Shown here in pieces: positions 1 through 11,380 of a stretch of 59,930 nt of DNA. The position numbers were made by a program, and so were the translations under genes. How positions within the stretch are numbered: the first letter of the stretch is position 1; the number at the start of each line of letters is the position of its first letter. The notes beneath the pieces were generated by a model. The model did not search any database and was not told where the DNA came from. It worked only from the letters and a program-made list of their open reading frames with translations. Source of the DNA: Octopus bimaculoides (lineage: Eukaryota); the NCBI RefSeq assembly GCF_001194135.2, contig NC_068992.1, positions 55,679,064 to 55,738,993 of the forward strand, written 5' to 3'.

Positions 1-10
1 ATATGTATAT

Positions 11-107
<97 letters not shown>

Positions 108-427
108 TTAAAACATATCGAGACAAACAACAAACATACAGATATACACGTATGATTATTTGTGCGTGTGTGTATGTGTGTGTGTGTTTGTATGTGTGTG
201 TGTACGTGTGCGCGTATAAATATACAGCCTTCGATTGCGTTACGTAAAACGTTAACATAACGTGGAATTCCGTAATGCGATATAGTTTCTCATTAATTCT
301 CATCTGCATTGAACCAATGTTAGACAGTTTGTAATTCAACATTAAAGTAAGATTTCCAGGGAAATAGCAACCAACGCATCTATAATGCGGGAGATGCTAG
401 TATATGTAATGCACACACACCCACACA

Positions 428-469
<42 letters not shown>

Positions 470-473
<4 letters not shown>

Positions 474-660
474 CATAGTGAGAATTTATAGAAAAGCAAA
501 AGACGAAGACGGGTATGTAAACAACAAATAAATGTATTAGTTTAACGCTTGGGAAGTAAAAAAGTCTTTTACGTTTCGAGCCCACGCTCTTCGACAGAAA
601 GGAACACAAAAATAAAGAGGGAGAGAAAATAGAAAAAGGTTTAGTAGCTAACGATCTACC
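470..660 (-). mobile_element. Short repeat end carrying a minimal hammerhead-like motif (Penelope-like terminus)
   Basis: Minus strand CTGTCGA-A-GAGC-gtgg-GCTC-GAAA-CGT-A at 570-597. Penelope assignment is inferred from the motif type. Confidence 0.5.
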
Positions 661-1120
661 ATGGCATGTATATATGTGTGTGTGTGAGTTTGTGCGTGTG
701 TGTGTGTGTGTATGTGTGCGTAAATATATATATNNNNNNNNNNNNNNNNNNNNNNNNNNNNNNNNNNNNNNNNNNNNNNNNNNNNNNNNNNNNNNNNNNN
801 NNNNNNNNNNNNNNNNNNNNNNNNNNNNNNNNNNNNNNNNNNNNNNNNNNNNNNNNNNNNNNNNNNNNNNNNNNNNNNNNNNNNNNNNNNNNNNNNNNNN
901 NNNNNNNNNNNNNNNNNNNNNNNNNNNNNNNNNNNNNNNNNNNNNNNNNNNNNNNNNNNNNNNNNNNNNNNNNNNNNNNNNNNNNNNNNNNNNNNNNNNN
1001 NNNNNNNNNNNNNNNNNNNNNNNNNNNNNNNNNNNNNNNNNNNNNNNNNNNNNNNNNNNNNNNNNNNNNNNNNNNNNNNNNNNNNNNNNNNNNNNGAAAC
1101 TGATTGATAACATACATACA

Positions 1121-1154
<34 letters not shown>

Positions 1155-1234
1155 CATACATACATCCACACACACACACACATACATACATACATACATA
1201 CATACATACATACATACACACATACACACATACA

Positions 1235-1268
<34 letters not shown>

Positions 1269-1897
1269 CATACATACATCCACACACACACATACATACA
1301 CACATACACACATACATACATACATACATCCACACACACATACACACATACATACATACATACATACGTGTGTGTACTTATGTATGAGTGTTTGCTGGAC
1401 CTGAAGTACATGATATCTCTATAGATTTTTAACAAACACTGTATGTTACGACGAATGTAATCCATAGTTCTGTATATACGATATTCTTTTGGACAGAAAA
1501 GCAAGGAATAGTCTGTCACACATGACATGTTTCAGGCCACAATTTGGAATTTTATCAACGGTCATGCCCCACCAACTCTTTAACTGTCTACGATCACACT
1601 ACTGCGAAAAGTTTACAGAAACTGGAGAGATCGGCTTGCGTAGATAAAACCTTCTTGAAATCGAAATTGGATATCACATTACTGGCGCGATAGCGTCGTT
1701 TCTATATTCTACTATAGAATATTTCTAAAGATGTTCTAAAGCTGAAAGTGTGTTAGGACGAATGTAAACAATAAGTCTGTGTACATAATATTTTTCGTGG
1801 AGAGAAAATAGGGAAAAAATAAAGAAATATAACATTGTTAAATACACGTGTTATTGAATATGTGAATATGTGTGAGTGTTGGATACGTATGTGTGAC

Positions 1898-1959
<62 letters not shown>

Positions 1960-2142
1960 GCAGGCTGACAAATAGATCGATCGATAGACATATAAAAATA
2001 TTAATGAAACCAATGTAGCAAAGAACACAAGATAACTGTGGTTTAGTTCCTGTTTNNNNNNNNNNATATATATATATGTATGTATGTATGTATGTATATA
2101 TACATAGAGACAGAGACAGACTAACGCGCGCACACACACACG

Positions 2143-2214
<72 letters not shown>

Positions 2215-2410
2215 TTAATAGGAGGTAATTATATTAATAAGAGTGCATTTTGCATTTTAAAAAAGCCAGTATGAGACTTTCTCACGTGGTAAGTACCGTG
2301 GTATAGTCTGTTTTAAGAGAACATCTACGTTCGAGCGGGGATAGCTATTATCTCTCAGCATTAATACTGCTTCTGTCGCTAATATAGATATTAATGAATG
2401 TACATGCGAA

Positions 2411-2452
<42 letters not shown>

Positions 2453-2911
2453 NNNNNNNNNNNNNNNNNNNNNNNNNNNNNNNNNNNNNNNNNNNNNNNN
2501 NNNNNNNNNNNNNNNNNNNNNNNNNNNNNNNNNNNNNNNNNNNNNNNNNNNNNNNNNNNNNNNNNNNNNNNNNNNNNNNNNNNNNNNNNNNNNNNNNNNN
2601 NNNNNNNNNNNNNNNNNNNNNNNNNNNNNNNNNNNNNNNNNNNNNNNNNNNNNNNNNNNNNNNNNNNNNNNNNNNNNNNNNNNNNNNNNNNNNNNNNNNN
2701 NNNNNNNNNNNNNNNNNNNNNNNNNNNNNNNNNNNNNNNNNNNNNNNNNNNNNNNNNNNNNNNNNNNNNNNNNNNNNNNNNNNNNNNNNNNNNNNNNNNN
2801 NNNNNNNNNNNNNNNNNNNNNNNNNNNNNNNNNNNNNNNNNNNNNNNNNNNNNNNNNNNNNNNNNNNNNNNNNNNNNNNNNNNNNNNNNNNNNNNNNNNN
2901 NNNNNNNNNNN

Positions 2912-3215
2912 ATGTTTATTGAGCGAAAACACCTAAAGCTCCACGAGGCTCTGGCAGGGGATGGTGGCGAACCCTGCTGTACTCTTCCACCATAACTTTC
3001 TCTCACTCTTACTTCCTGCTTCTGTTGTGCCTGTAATTCAAAGGGTCAGCCTTGTCACACTGTGTCACGCTGAATATCCCCGAGAACTACGTTAAGGGTA
3101 CACGTGTCTGTGGAGTGCTCAGCCACTTGCACGTTAATTTCACGAGCAGCCTGTTCCGTTGATCGGATCAACTGGAACCCTCGACGTCGTAAGCGACGGA
3201 GTGCCAACAACAACA
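2912..3215 (+). mobile_element. SINE family B, 5' end lost in gap
   Basis: Near-identical to copies at 17113, 28247, 50159 and 53160; ends in GTGCCAACAACAAC tail. Confidence 0.9.
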
Positions 3216-3274
3216 TATCGTATAGAGAGACGAGGAGTGAGACTAATTGAGAGCTACATAATTAACATAAGAGA

Positions 3275-3490
3275 GGGAGGACAAGTGAAAAGTTCCTGGC
3301 TTTAACGTATCGCGAAAGGCCTGGCTGGAGATCCAACCGTCAGAGTTTTTCGACAGTGCTTAAAAAACCTGAAGAACCATTACAATAAGTGTGTGAATCT
3401 GAGAGGGGAATGTGTTGAATAAAATCATAATTTACTGATCCTCCTATATTTTCTTTTATCCAAAAGCCAAGAACTTTACAGCTTACTTGT
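3275..3490 (+). mobile_element. Mariner-derived MITE (family F), decayed
   Basis: GAAAAGTTCCTGGCTTT terminal motif shared with 45215-45432. Retains a mariner-like C-terminus KCVNLRGECVE*. Confidence 0.7.
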
Positions 3491-3716
3491 TGGCTGACAG
3501 CAATTAAATGAATACTACCCACAGACACACGAGGAGAAAGAAAGAATTATATAGACGGCTGAGGAGAGTGAATAAATACATGTGTATGATAGAGTATAAA
3601 CATATACCGACGTCTCATATGTAAGTAGACACCCCGCATTATACTGTTCACTGTGTATGGACATTTCTTTGTGCTTCACACTCAATGTATTATTGTTGTT
3701 ATTATTCATTTAAGAA

Positions 3717-4232
3717 GGCGGCGAGCTGGCAGAAACGTTAGCACGCCGGGCAAAATGCTTAGCGGTGTTTCGTCTGTCTTTACGTTCTGAGCTCAAATTC
3801 CGCCGAGGTCGACTTTGCCTTTCATCCTTTCGGGGTCGATAAATTAAGCAACAGTTACGCACTGGGGTCGATGTAATTGACTTAATCCCTTTGTCTGTCC
3901 TTGCTTGTCCCCTCTATGTCTAGCCCCACAAGGGGCTAGACATAGAGGGGACAACATACAAACGTTGGCACGCCGGGCGAAATGCTTAACGGTATTTCGT
4001 CTGCCGTTATGTTCTGAGTTCAAATTCCGCCGAGGTCGACTTTGCCTTTTATCCTTTCGGGGTCGGTAAATTAAGTACCAATTGCGTACTGGGGTTGATT
4101 TAATCGACTGCCCCCCCTCCTCCCCAAAACTTTCGAGCCTTGTGCCTAGAGTAGAAAATATTATTATTCATTTAAGGCGGCGAGCTGGCAGAATCGATAG
4201 CACGCCGGGCAAAATTCTTAGCGGTATTTCGT
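3717..4232 (+). mobile_element. Cluster of tandem SINE family A units
   Basis: Repeated GGCGGCGAGCTGGCAGAA..GTTAGCACGCCGGGC head with A-box-like TGGCAGAAACGTTAG and B-box-like GAGTTCAAATTCC, then GTCGACTTTGCCTTTCATCCTTTCGGGGTCGATAAATTAAG core. Confidence 0.9.
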
Positions 4233-4596
4233 CCATCATCTATCATTTCATACAGCTCTTCGGTGTGGCAGTAATGTTACTGACCTCACAAAATGGAATA
4301 TGCGTATGTTTCGCTCTCTAAATTTGAAAATGTTCTTAAATTCATTAGAAATAATGTATTAAGCTTAAATTTACAAGTTGCCGCCATACAGGAACTGATT
4401 TTAGCTCAATTGGCGTTTGACTTCTTTACCACAGGGAATTTTATTGGCAACTAGTTCGGAAATGATGCTCGGAATACTTAAGTATATCTTATTTGTTATA
4501 TACAAGGTTTATGAGAGTCGCTTGTCTGATATAGCGAATAAAGCCCAGGAGAGATCCCCTAAGCTATCTTTTAAAAGTAAGTGCTTTTGTTTCGCT

Positions 4597-5110
4597 TCTT
4601 CACTTTCTTCTTCTTCTTCTTCTTCTCCTTCTTCTTCTTCTCCTTCTTCTTCTTCCTCTTCTACTTCCTCTTCTATTTCTTCCTCTTCTCCTTCTTTCTC
4701 TTCTACTTCTTCTATTTCTTCCTCTTCTCCTTCTTCTTCCTCTTCTACTTCTTCTCCTTCTTCTTCTCCTTCTTCCTCTTCTACTTCCTCTTCTTCTTCT
4801 TCTTCTTCTTCTTCTTCCTCTTCTACTTCCTCTTCTTCTTCCTCTTCTCCTTCTTCTTCTTCCTCTTCAACTTCTCCTTCTTCCTCTTCTCCTTCTTCTA
4901 CTTCCTCTTCTTCTTCTTCTTCTTCTTCTTCCTCTTCTACTTCCTCTTCTTCTTCCTCTTCTCCTTCTTCTTCTTCCTCTTCAACTTCTCCTTCTTCCTC
5001 TTCTCCTTCTTCTTCTTCCTCTTCTTCTTCTTCTTCTTCCTCTTCTCCTTCTTCTTCTTCTTCTCCTTCTTCTTCTTCCTCTTCTACTTCCTCTTCTACT
5101 TCTTCCTCGC
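4597..5110. repeat. Compound (CTT/CCT/CTA)n trinucleotide tract
   Basis: About 510 bp almost purely pyrimidine on the + strand; source of the poly-S, poly-E and poly-F ORFs. Confidence 0.95.
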
Positions 5111-5169
5111 TTTCCCGGCGCTTTAACGATTCTACCAACCAACCAACTTTCTTGCCAATTATTCCCCAA

Positions 5170-5330
5170 AATTAATTAAGTAATATTGTATAGTTCTATA
5201 TTTAAGAGATGAGGAATTATGTACATTATTTATCTTATTTATATTTGACGGATATTTGTCCTCATCTTGTTTGTTGTTAACAACGTTTCGGCTGATATAC
5301 CCTCCAGCCTTCATCAGGTGCCTTCGGGAA
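5170..5330 (-). mobile_element. Penelope-like terminal fragment with minimal hammerhead motif
   Basis: Minus strand CTGATGA-A-GGCTG-loop-CAGCC-GAAA-CGT-T at 5282-5317. Confidence 0.6.
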
Positions 5331-5972
5331 ATACACTCCACCACCACATACTACACAGAAACCAGTGCAAACACCTCCATCTTCTGTGCCCTATGTAACA
5401 CACTGTGGTAGAATTGTGCATTGACCACAAAAACTGTCCAAAACTATTTACATTTGATCAAAGCTTTTTTCACACAAACATCAACTGCTTACTTTTTACA
5501 AGCTGTCTTCACTTAACAAACTATACATTTTAAACAGACTTTTTCTCATGTTCGTTTTGCATTCTTGTTTACATGTTTTTGTATTTTCACATGTTTTGTT
5601 TACATGCTTTAACCTTCTTTGCATTGTTCCGTGTTTCCACACATTCTTTTATATGCCTCGTCGCCATCTGTGCCTTAGCTTACTCTTCTGTTTCACAACT
5701 TACAGTTCCTTCTTCGTATCGACCGTTCCGGGTCTGGTCGGGGGAGTGCTGTAGGCGTGACGTAAATTGAAACAGATTCTGTCATTGTTCTATTTACGGT
5801 TCACCGGAAGCCAGGAGATTCAACACCAGTGACCTCCCTTGGCGAACATTCTAGAATGTTCCAAGAATAGCGGATTTATGTCCCTTTTAGTAATACCACT
5901 ATGGCATGGAACGTTCTAGAAAGAATTTTGTAGTCAGATGTACCTAAATGTTTGCTGAATTTCAAAACATAA

Positions 5973-6190
5973 AGGCGGTGAGCTGGCAGAATCGTTAGCA
6001 CGTCAGGCAAAATGCTTGGCAACATTTCGTCCGTCTTTACGCTCTGAGTTTAAATTACACCGAGGTCGATTTTGCCTTTCATCCCTTCTGGGGCGTGGGG
6101 ATAAGATAAGTACCAGTTTAGCACTGAAGTTGATGTAACCGTCTTATCCCTCCCCTAAAACTGCTGGCCCGGTGAGAAAAAATTTGAAAC
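5973..6190 (+). mobile_element. SINE family A
   Basis: GGCGGTGAGCTGGCAGAATCGTTAGC head and family A core. Confidence 0.85.
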
Positions 6191-7044
6191 CAATATTTCA
6201 AAATATATTTGGCTTATCTGTATGGAAAAGAATTTAACGCATCAATCACGAGTTTTAAATAAAACAAAATTTTCATTTAGAGTAGAACAAAATATGGACT
6301 TTCCAAATGTAGTAATCATTTCTTTACTGTACGGTATCTTCGATACCTATAGTCAAGAATTATATTAAGCTAGTATGCATTATAAACACAAATTTGTAAA
6401 GGAAAAAGAACAACGGGACCTTGGGATTACAGAGCCATCAGAGGACCTCTTGATCTTTTTTTCTCTAACTTAAATTGAAGCTATAACGTCAAATATTATT
6501 TACGATAAAATCGTAACTTTAAAATATAGTTTGGCATGTTTACACAATTCTCCAACAAGTCTCTTGATAAATTATTTAATTATATGTCAACATTTATAAA
6601 GAGAAAAGAATTAAATTGATTCTATAATTCATTCTCCATTAGATAATCCAATTTGCTATAATGTAGTTTAAAATGCTCCTCGTTCTCAATAAAAATCTAG
6701 AGATCATTTCTCATCACGCATGAAGAATAACAAATGATAGCGGCAAAATACAATATTAATTAAGATAAATTATCTCCAGAATAAATTATCAGACGTTTGT
6801 TTTTTTTCATTACATTATCATTAGCATCGATATTATCAATATACATCAAATTCTACTCAACAACATAAACGTACTCTACACAAACACACAAACACACTAC
6901 TACGAGTTACATACAACATCTCTAAACATTCACAGCATCCAAACAATTTTTTATAAAGAAAGCAATATGACGCCCAGACATTCTTGTAACAATCAAACGT
7001 ACCAAATTTGACCAACAGAAAGAAATAATAATAATCATTTCTAC

Positions 7045-7410
7045 TATTAACACAAGCTCTGAAATTTGGTGGGGGGGGGGGTAGTCGAATACACAACCCC
7101 TAATGTTCGACTGGTACTTACTTTATTGACTCCGAAAGGACGAAAAATAAAGTCGACATCGACGGCATTTGAACTCGGAACGTAAAGACAGGCAAGCGTA
7201 ATTCTACTACAGACACAAGGCCTGAAATTTTGTGGAAAGGGGTCTAGTCCATTACATCGCCCCCGGTGTTTAACTGATGCTTATTTTATCGACCCCGAAA
7301 GGATGAAAGGCATAGTCGACCTCGGTAGAATTTGACCTCTTAAAGTAACGACGGACGAAATGCCGCTAAGCATTAAGCCCGGCATGCTAACGATTCTGCC
7401 AGCTCGCCAC
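7045..7410 (-). mobile_element. Two SINE family A units
   Basis: Reverse complement of family A head (7350-7410) and two cores. Confidence 0.8.
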
Positions 7411-7467
7411 CTTCCAGGCAAACAACAAACAAAATTCATACACGCAACAGTAGGTAAAGTATCAACA

Positions 7468-7815
7468 GCGGCTGTGTGGTAAGAAGCCACACACATGGTT
7501 CCGGGTTCAGTCCCACTGCGTGGCACCTTGGGCAAGTGTCTTTTACTATAGCCTTATAAGTGGATTTGGTAGACGGAAACTGAAATAATTCCGTCGTGGT
7601 ATATGTGTGTATGTGTGTGTATTTATTTATGTGTGTTTGTATCTGTATTTGTCCCCCACCATCGCTTGACAACCGATATCCCCGTAAATTGGCGGTTCAG
7701 CAATAGAGATCAACAGAATAAGTACTAGGCTTACAGAGAATAAGTCCTAGGGTCGATTTCTTCGACTGAAACCCTTTAAGGCGGTGCTCCAGCATGGCTG
7801 AAACAAGTAAAGAAA
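7468..7815 (+). mobile_element. SINE family C (tRNA-like head, internal CA/TA microsatellite)
   Basis: GGCTGTGTGGTAAG...GGTTCCGGGTTCAGTCCCACTGCGTGGCACCTTGGGCAAGTGTC head; many other copies in the window. Confidence 0.85.
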
Positions 7816-8489
7816 AGCAAATAAATATCACTGGCACACACGGGCAAATAGTGTCACGCCACTTCAAACAGACATAGAGCGGGATCGTATCACGGACCAA
7901 CTACGTAGTTGAGAATCAGCTATTTCATCTTCAAAGCCATTTGCGGCCATGTTTGCATTTGTTTTTATCTATCAACAGCTAAGTGATCTTGAATAGCGAA
8001 CGTTAAGTATATTTTTCACACAGGCACGAGTTAACACACCGTAGTAATATTCTAAGACATTGCCAACTCTCATTATAGATCTTGTTTATGCTTAGTCAAT
8101 GAAACTAAGCGATACCAAGTATAAAAAAGGTATGAAAGCAACAAAATTTACAAAAGTAAGACAACTAATATTTTCCATTTAAAAGGCAAAAGAGTGGACC
8201 ACCTACAAAATGTTCTGATATTTCTAAAATGTTATACAACATTTGATGACTGTTCTTTTATTATATCTGACTTCTGAGAATTTTCTTCTTTTTTTTTTAC
8301 TTTTTATTTTCATCAAACTAACACTTCACAAATACATTAAATATAATTGCTTAAATCTCTTTCCATGTGTGCATGCGTGTGTGTATGTAAGTTTGTGTGC
8401 GTGTATGTGTGTGTGTACATATGTGAGTGTGTGGGTGTGAGTACATGCACAAACACATATATATAGTTAAGCGTATGCATACATGTGTA

Positions 8490-8520
<31 letters not shown>

Positions 8521-8686
8521 GCGTGTGTGTGTGTGTGCATACATCTGTATGTGTATACATGTGTGTGTATGTGTGTGCATCAATGTAGGTATGTATATAT
8601 GTATTACTTCTAATTGCTTTTACGAGTTCCCAAATATATATATACTCGTCTTACGTCTTATGAGTTCCATTTGTTCTGTGTGTGTA

Positions 8687-8728
<42 letters not shown>

Positions 8729-8812
8729 TGTTTGTGTGTGTGTGTATGTATATATAGTGTATATATGTGTGTATGTATGTGTATACATGTATGTATATGT
8801 GTGTGTACGTGC

Positions 8813-8845
<33 letters not shown>

Positions 8846-9272
8846 NNNNNNNNNNNNNNNNNNNNNNNNNNNNNNNNNNNNNNNNNNNNNNNNNNNNNNN
8901 NNNNNNNNNNNNNNNNNNNNNNNNNNNNNNNNNNNNNNNNNNNNNNNNNNNNNNNNNNNNNNNNNNNNNNNNNNNNNNNNNNNNNNNNNNNNNNNNNNNN
9001 NNNNNNNNNNNNNNNNNNNNNNNNNNNNNNNNNNNNNNNNNNNNNNNNNNNNNNNNNNNNNNNNNNNNNNNNNNNNNNNNNNNNNNNNNNNNNNNNNNNN
9101 NNNNNNNNNNNNNNNNNNNNNNNNNNNNNNNNNNNNNNNNNNNNNNNNNNNNNNNNNNNNNNNNNNNNNNNNNNNNNNNNNNNNNNNNNNNNNNNNNNNN
9201 NNNNNNNNNNNNNNNNNNNNNNNNNNNNNNNNNNNNNNNNNNNNNNNNNNNNNNNATATATATATATATATA

Positions 9273-10020
9273 CGTAGTCTGATCAATACGTATCCGGACT
9301 GTTGCCATAGTAACAAACCTAAAGCAAAGCATGGAGAGTGGAGCCACTTGGCACAGATTGACCTTGAACTCTGCTGTGCATGAGCACTAAGTTTAAACGT
9401 TCTAGCTCACGCTGTTTACATCAGTGCTTGGAAGGAAGGTGTGTAGCGTGTGATCGTCTCATTGACAATGACAGAGAAAGTTGAGCAGAGAATCTGCATC
9501 AAATTTTGCCATAAGTTTGGTGATACCTGCTCAGAGGCCTACGCAAAGTTTTCATCGTTCTCGACGCAATTAAGATCTTGTTCAACTGAAACCCGAGTGT
9601 CTTATTGGTCAGCTGAAAGCAGTTTTGGCACAAACTTGGCAGACACACGTCTCATACCCAAATCTTCAGTGATAATGGACTGAACTGAACTGTAACTAAT
9701 CTGTACATCCTCTGATAACTCACGGATGGTGATTTAACGAATTCTCACAACTGCACGCACATTTTCGATGTTTTCCTCAGTTCTGTTGGTTGCGGGTCTC
9801 CCAGAACGTTCGTCAATACATTTTTCGGCCATCTTTGAAACGTCTGAACCACTCGTACACGTCTATGTGTCTCATACACTCTTCTCCATACTCTTTCTGC
9901 AACTTTGCGCAGGCCTCTGAGCAGGTGTCGCTATGACAACTTTCTTTGTCATAGCCAATGCGACGATCACACGCTACGCACCTTCCTTCCAAAGGATGGA
10001 GTCGTTAAACTTACGTGCAT
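9273..10020. mobile_element. Rearranged mariner transposon (two 5' fragments tail-to-tail)
   Basis: TA then CGTAGTCTGATCAATA terminus. + strand MTEKVEQRICIKFCHKFGDTCSEAYAK at 9468-9550. Minus strand carries mariner HTH-region motifs (VYEWFRRFKDG, ERSGRP, DLGMRRVSAKFVPKLL) at about 9555-9900, with frameshifts and stops. Confidence 0.85.
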
Positions 10021-10916
10021 CTTAATTTATGTTGGGATAAACAGGTATTATATCCCAAACCACGGTTTTGCTCAGTCGATGCTCTCTCAATCGACTGTAC
10101 TCATTCGTAAACTGAAAATAAAAAAATGAAATGACTGTTAGTGGTAGTGTGTAAGCTTTCAAGGTAGTGTAAGCGGTCTAAATCGACTGAATTGTGTCAT
10201 CCGTAACGCATCGATAAAAGGACTTCTTTTTTTAAATTACCCTGAAAGAATTTTAGTAAGTATCAGGAGATCGAAATTAGGAAAAATTAAAATCGAGGTA
10301 ATATAGTGATTGACTAGAACAAATCTTTGATCATCAGTTCGTTCGATCAGGACTGATCTTTATCTAGACAACAAAATACGTCAGTATGTGAATCCGTACA
10401 CTAAGGCGCTTAGCACTTGTTCTGCGAGGGTGGTATCTTTTATAATCTACAACATTTATCATCTGCTGCAACATCACACTAAATAGTTTGAACTTTCTTC
10501 CTTTGTATAATTCCAGCTCAAAGGAGAATGATGATGTTGCATCTAAACAGAACAAGTTTTTTAATTAACTTAATTATATCTCACTAAAGTAGTACAAATT
10601 AATTGCATTTATCTTTTCTATAGAACTTATATAAACTCCGATTCCCTGAGGTGTTGTGTTAGAATAAAGATTTTAAATGAATCAGATTTGATTCAACAGT
10701 TATGCTCCTAATTGATATATTACTAATGAAGATTGGTGCAGAGCCAGAGGTCGTATAGTAAAGTAGAGTTAATTAACTCGACTTGTCTGATGTTTATATT
10801 GTTAAACTGGAGGGTTAAAAAGACAAATTTTACCTTCGCAAGATTTGAACTTGCATGGCATTTGATTCAGCCACCCTCAATATCCAGTTACTCACTGAAG
10901 GTTAGAAACGTTGAAG

Positions 10917-11380
10917 ACGACGAGCTGACAGAAATTGTTAGCACGCCGGGCGAAAGGCGGCGAGCTGGCAGAAACGTTAGCACGCCGGGCGAAATGCTTA
11001 ACGGTATTTCGTCTGCCGCTACGTTCTGAGTTCAAATTCCGCCGAGGTCGACTTTGCTTTTCATCTTTTCGGGGGTCGATAACTTAAGTACCAGTTACAC
11101 ACTGGGGTCGATGTAATCGACTTAATCCCTTTGTCTGTCCTTGTTTGTCTCCTCTATGTTTAGCCCTTTGCAGGCAATAAAGAAATAAGAAACGTTAGCG
11201 CGTCGGACAAAATGCTTAGCAGTATTTCTTCCAGCTCTTTATTTTCTGTGTTCAAATCCTGCCAAGCTCAGCTTTGCCTTTCTCTTCCTTAATGGTTGAT
11301 GAGATGAAGTAACAGTTGCGTACTGGGGTGCATGTAACCGAATTGTCTACTCTCTTCAAAATGGCTGGTCTTGAACCAAT
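10917..11380 (+). mobile_element. SINE family A dimer with duplicated head
   Basis: Truncated head at 10917-10953 directly followed by a full head and two cores. Confidence 0.85.

Noticed and set aside
397-2936. Long ORFs of MYVC/IHTY/XXX type in the ORF track
   Set aside because: They are translations of (CATA)n, (CA)n and (TA)n microsatellites and N runs. The same applies to all X-containing ORFs in the window.
4417-5175. 252-aa poly-Ser and 209-aa poly-Glu ORFs
   Set aside because: A stop-free trinucleotide tract is open in several frames at once; no splice or domain support.
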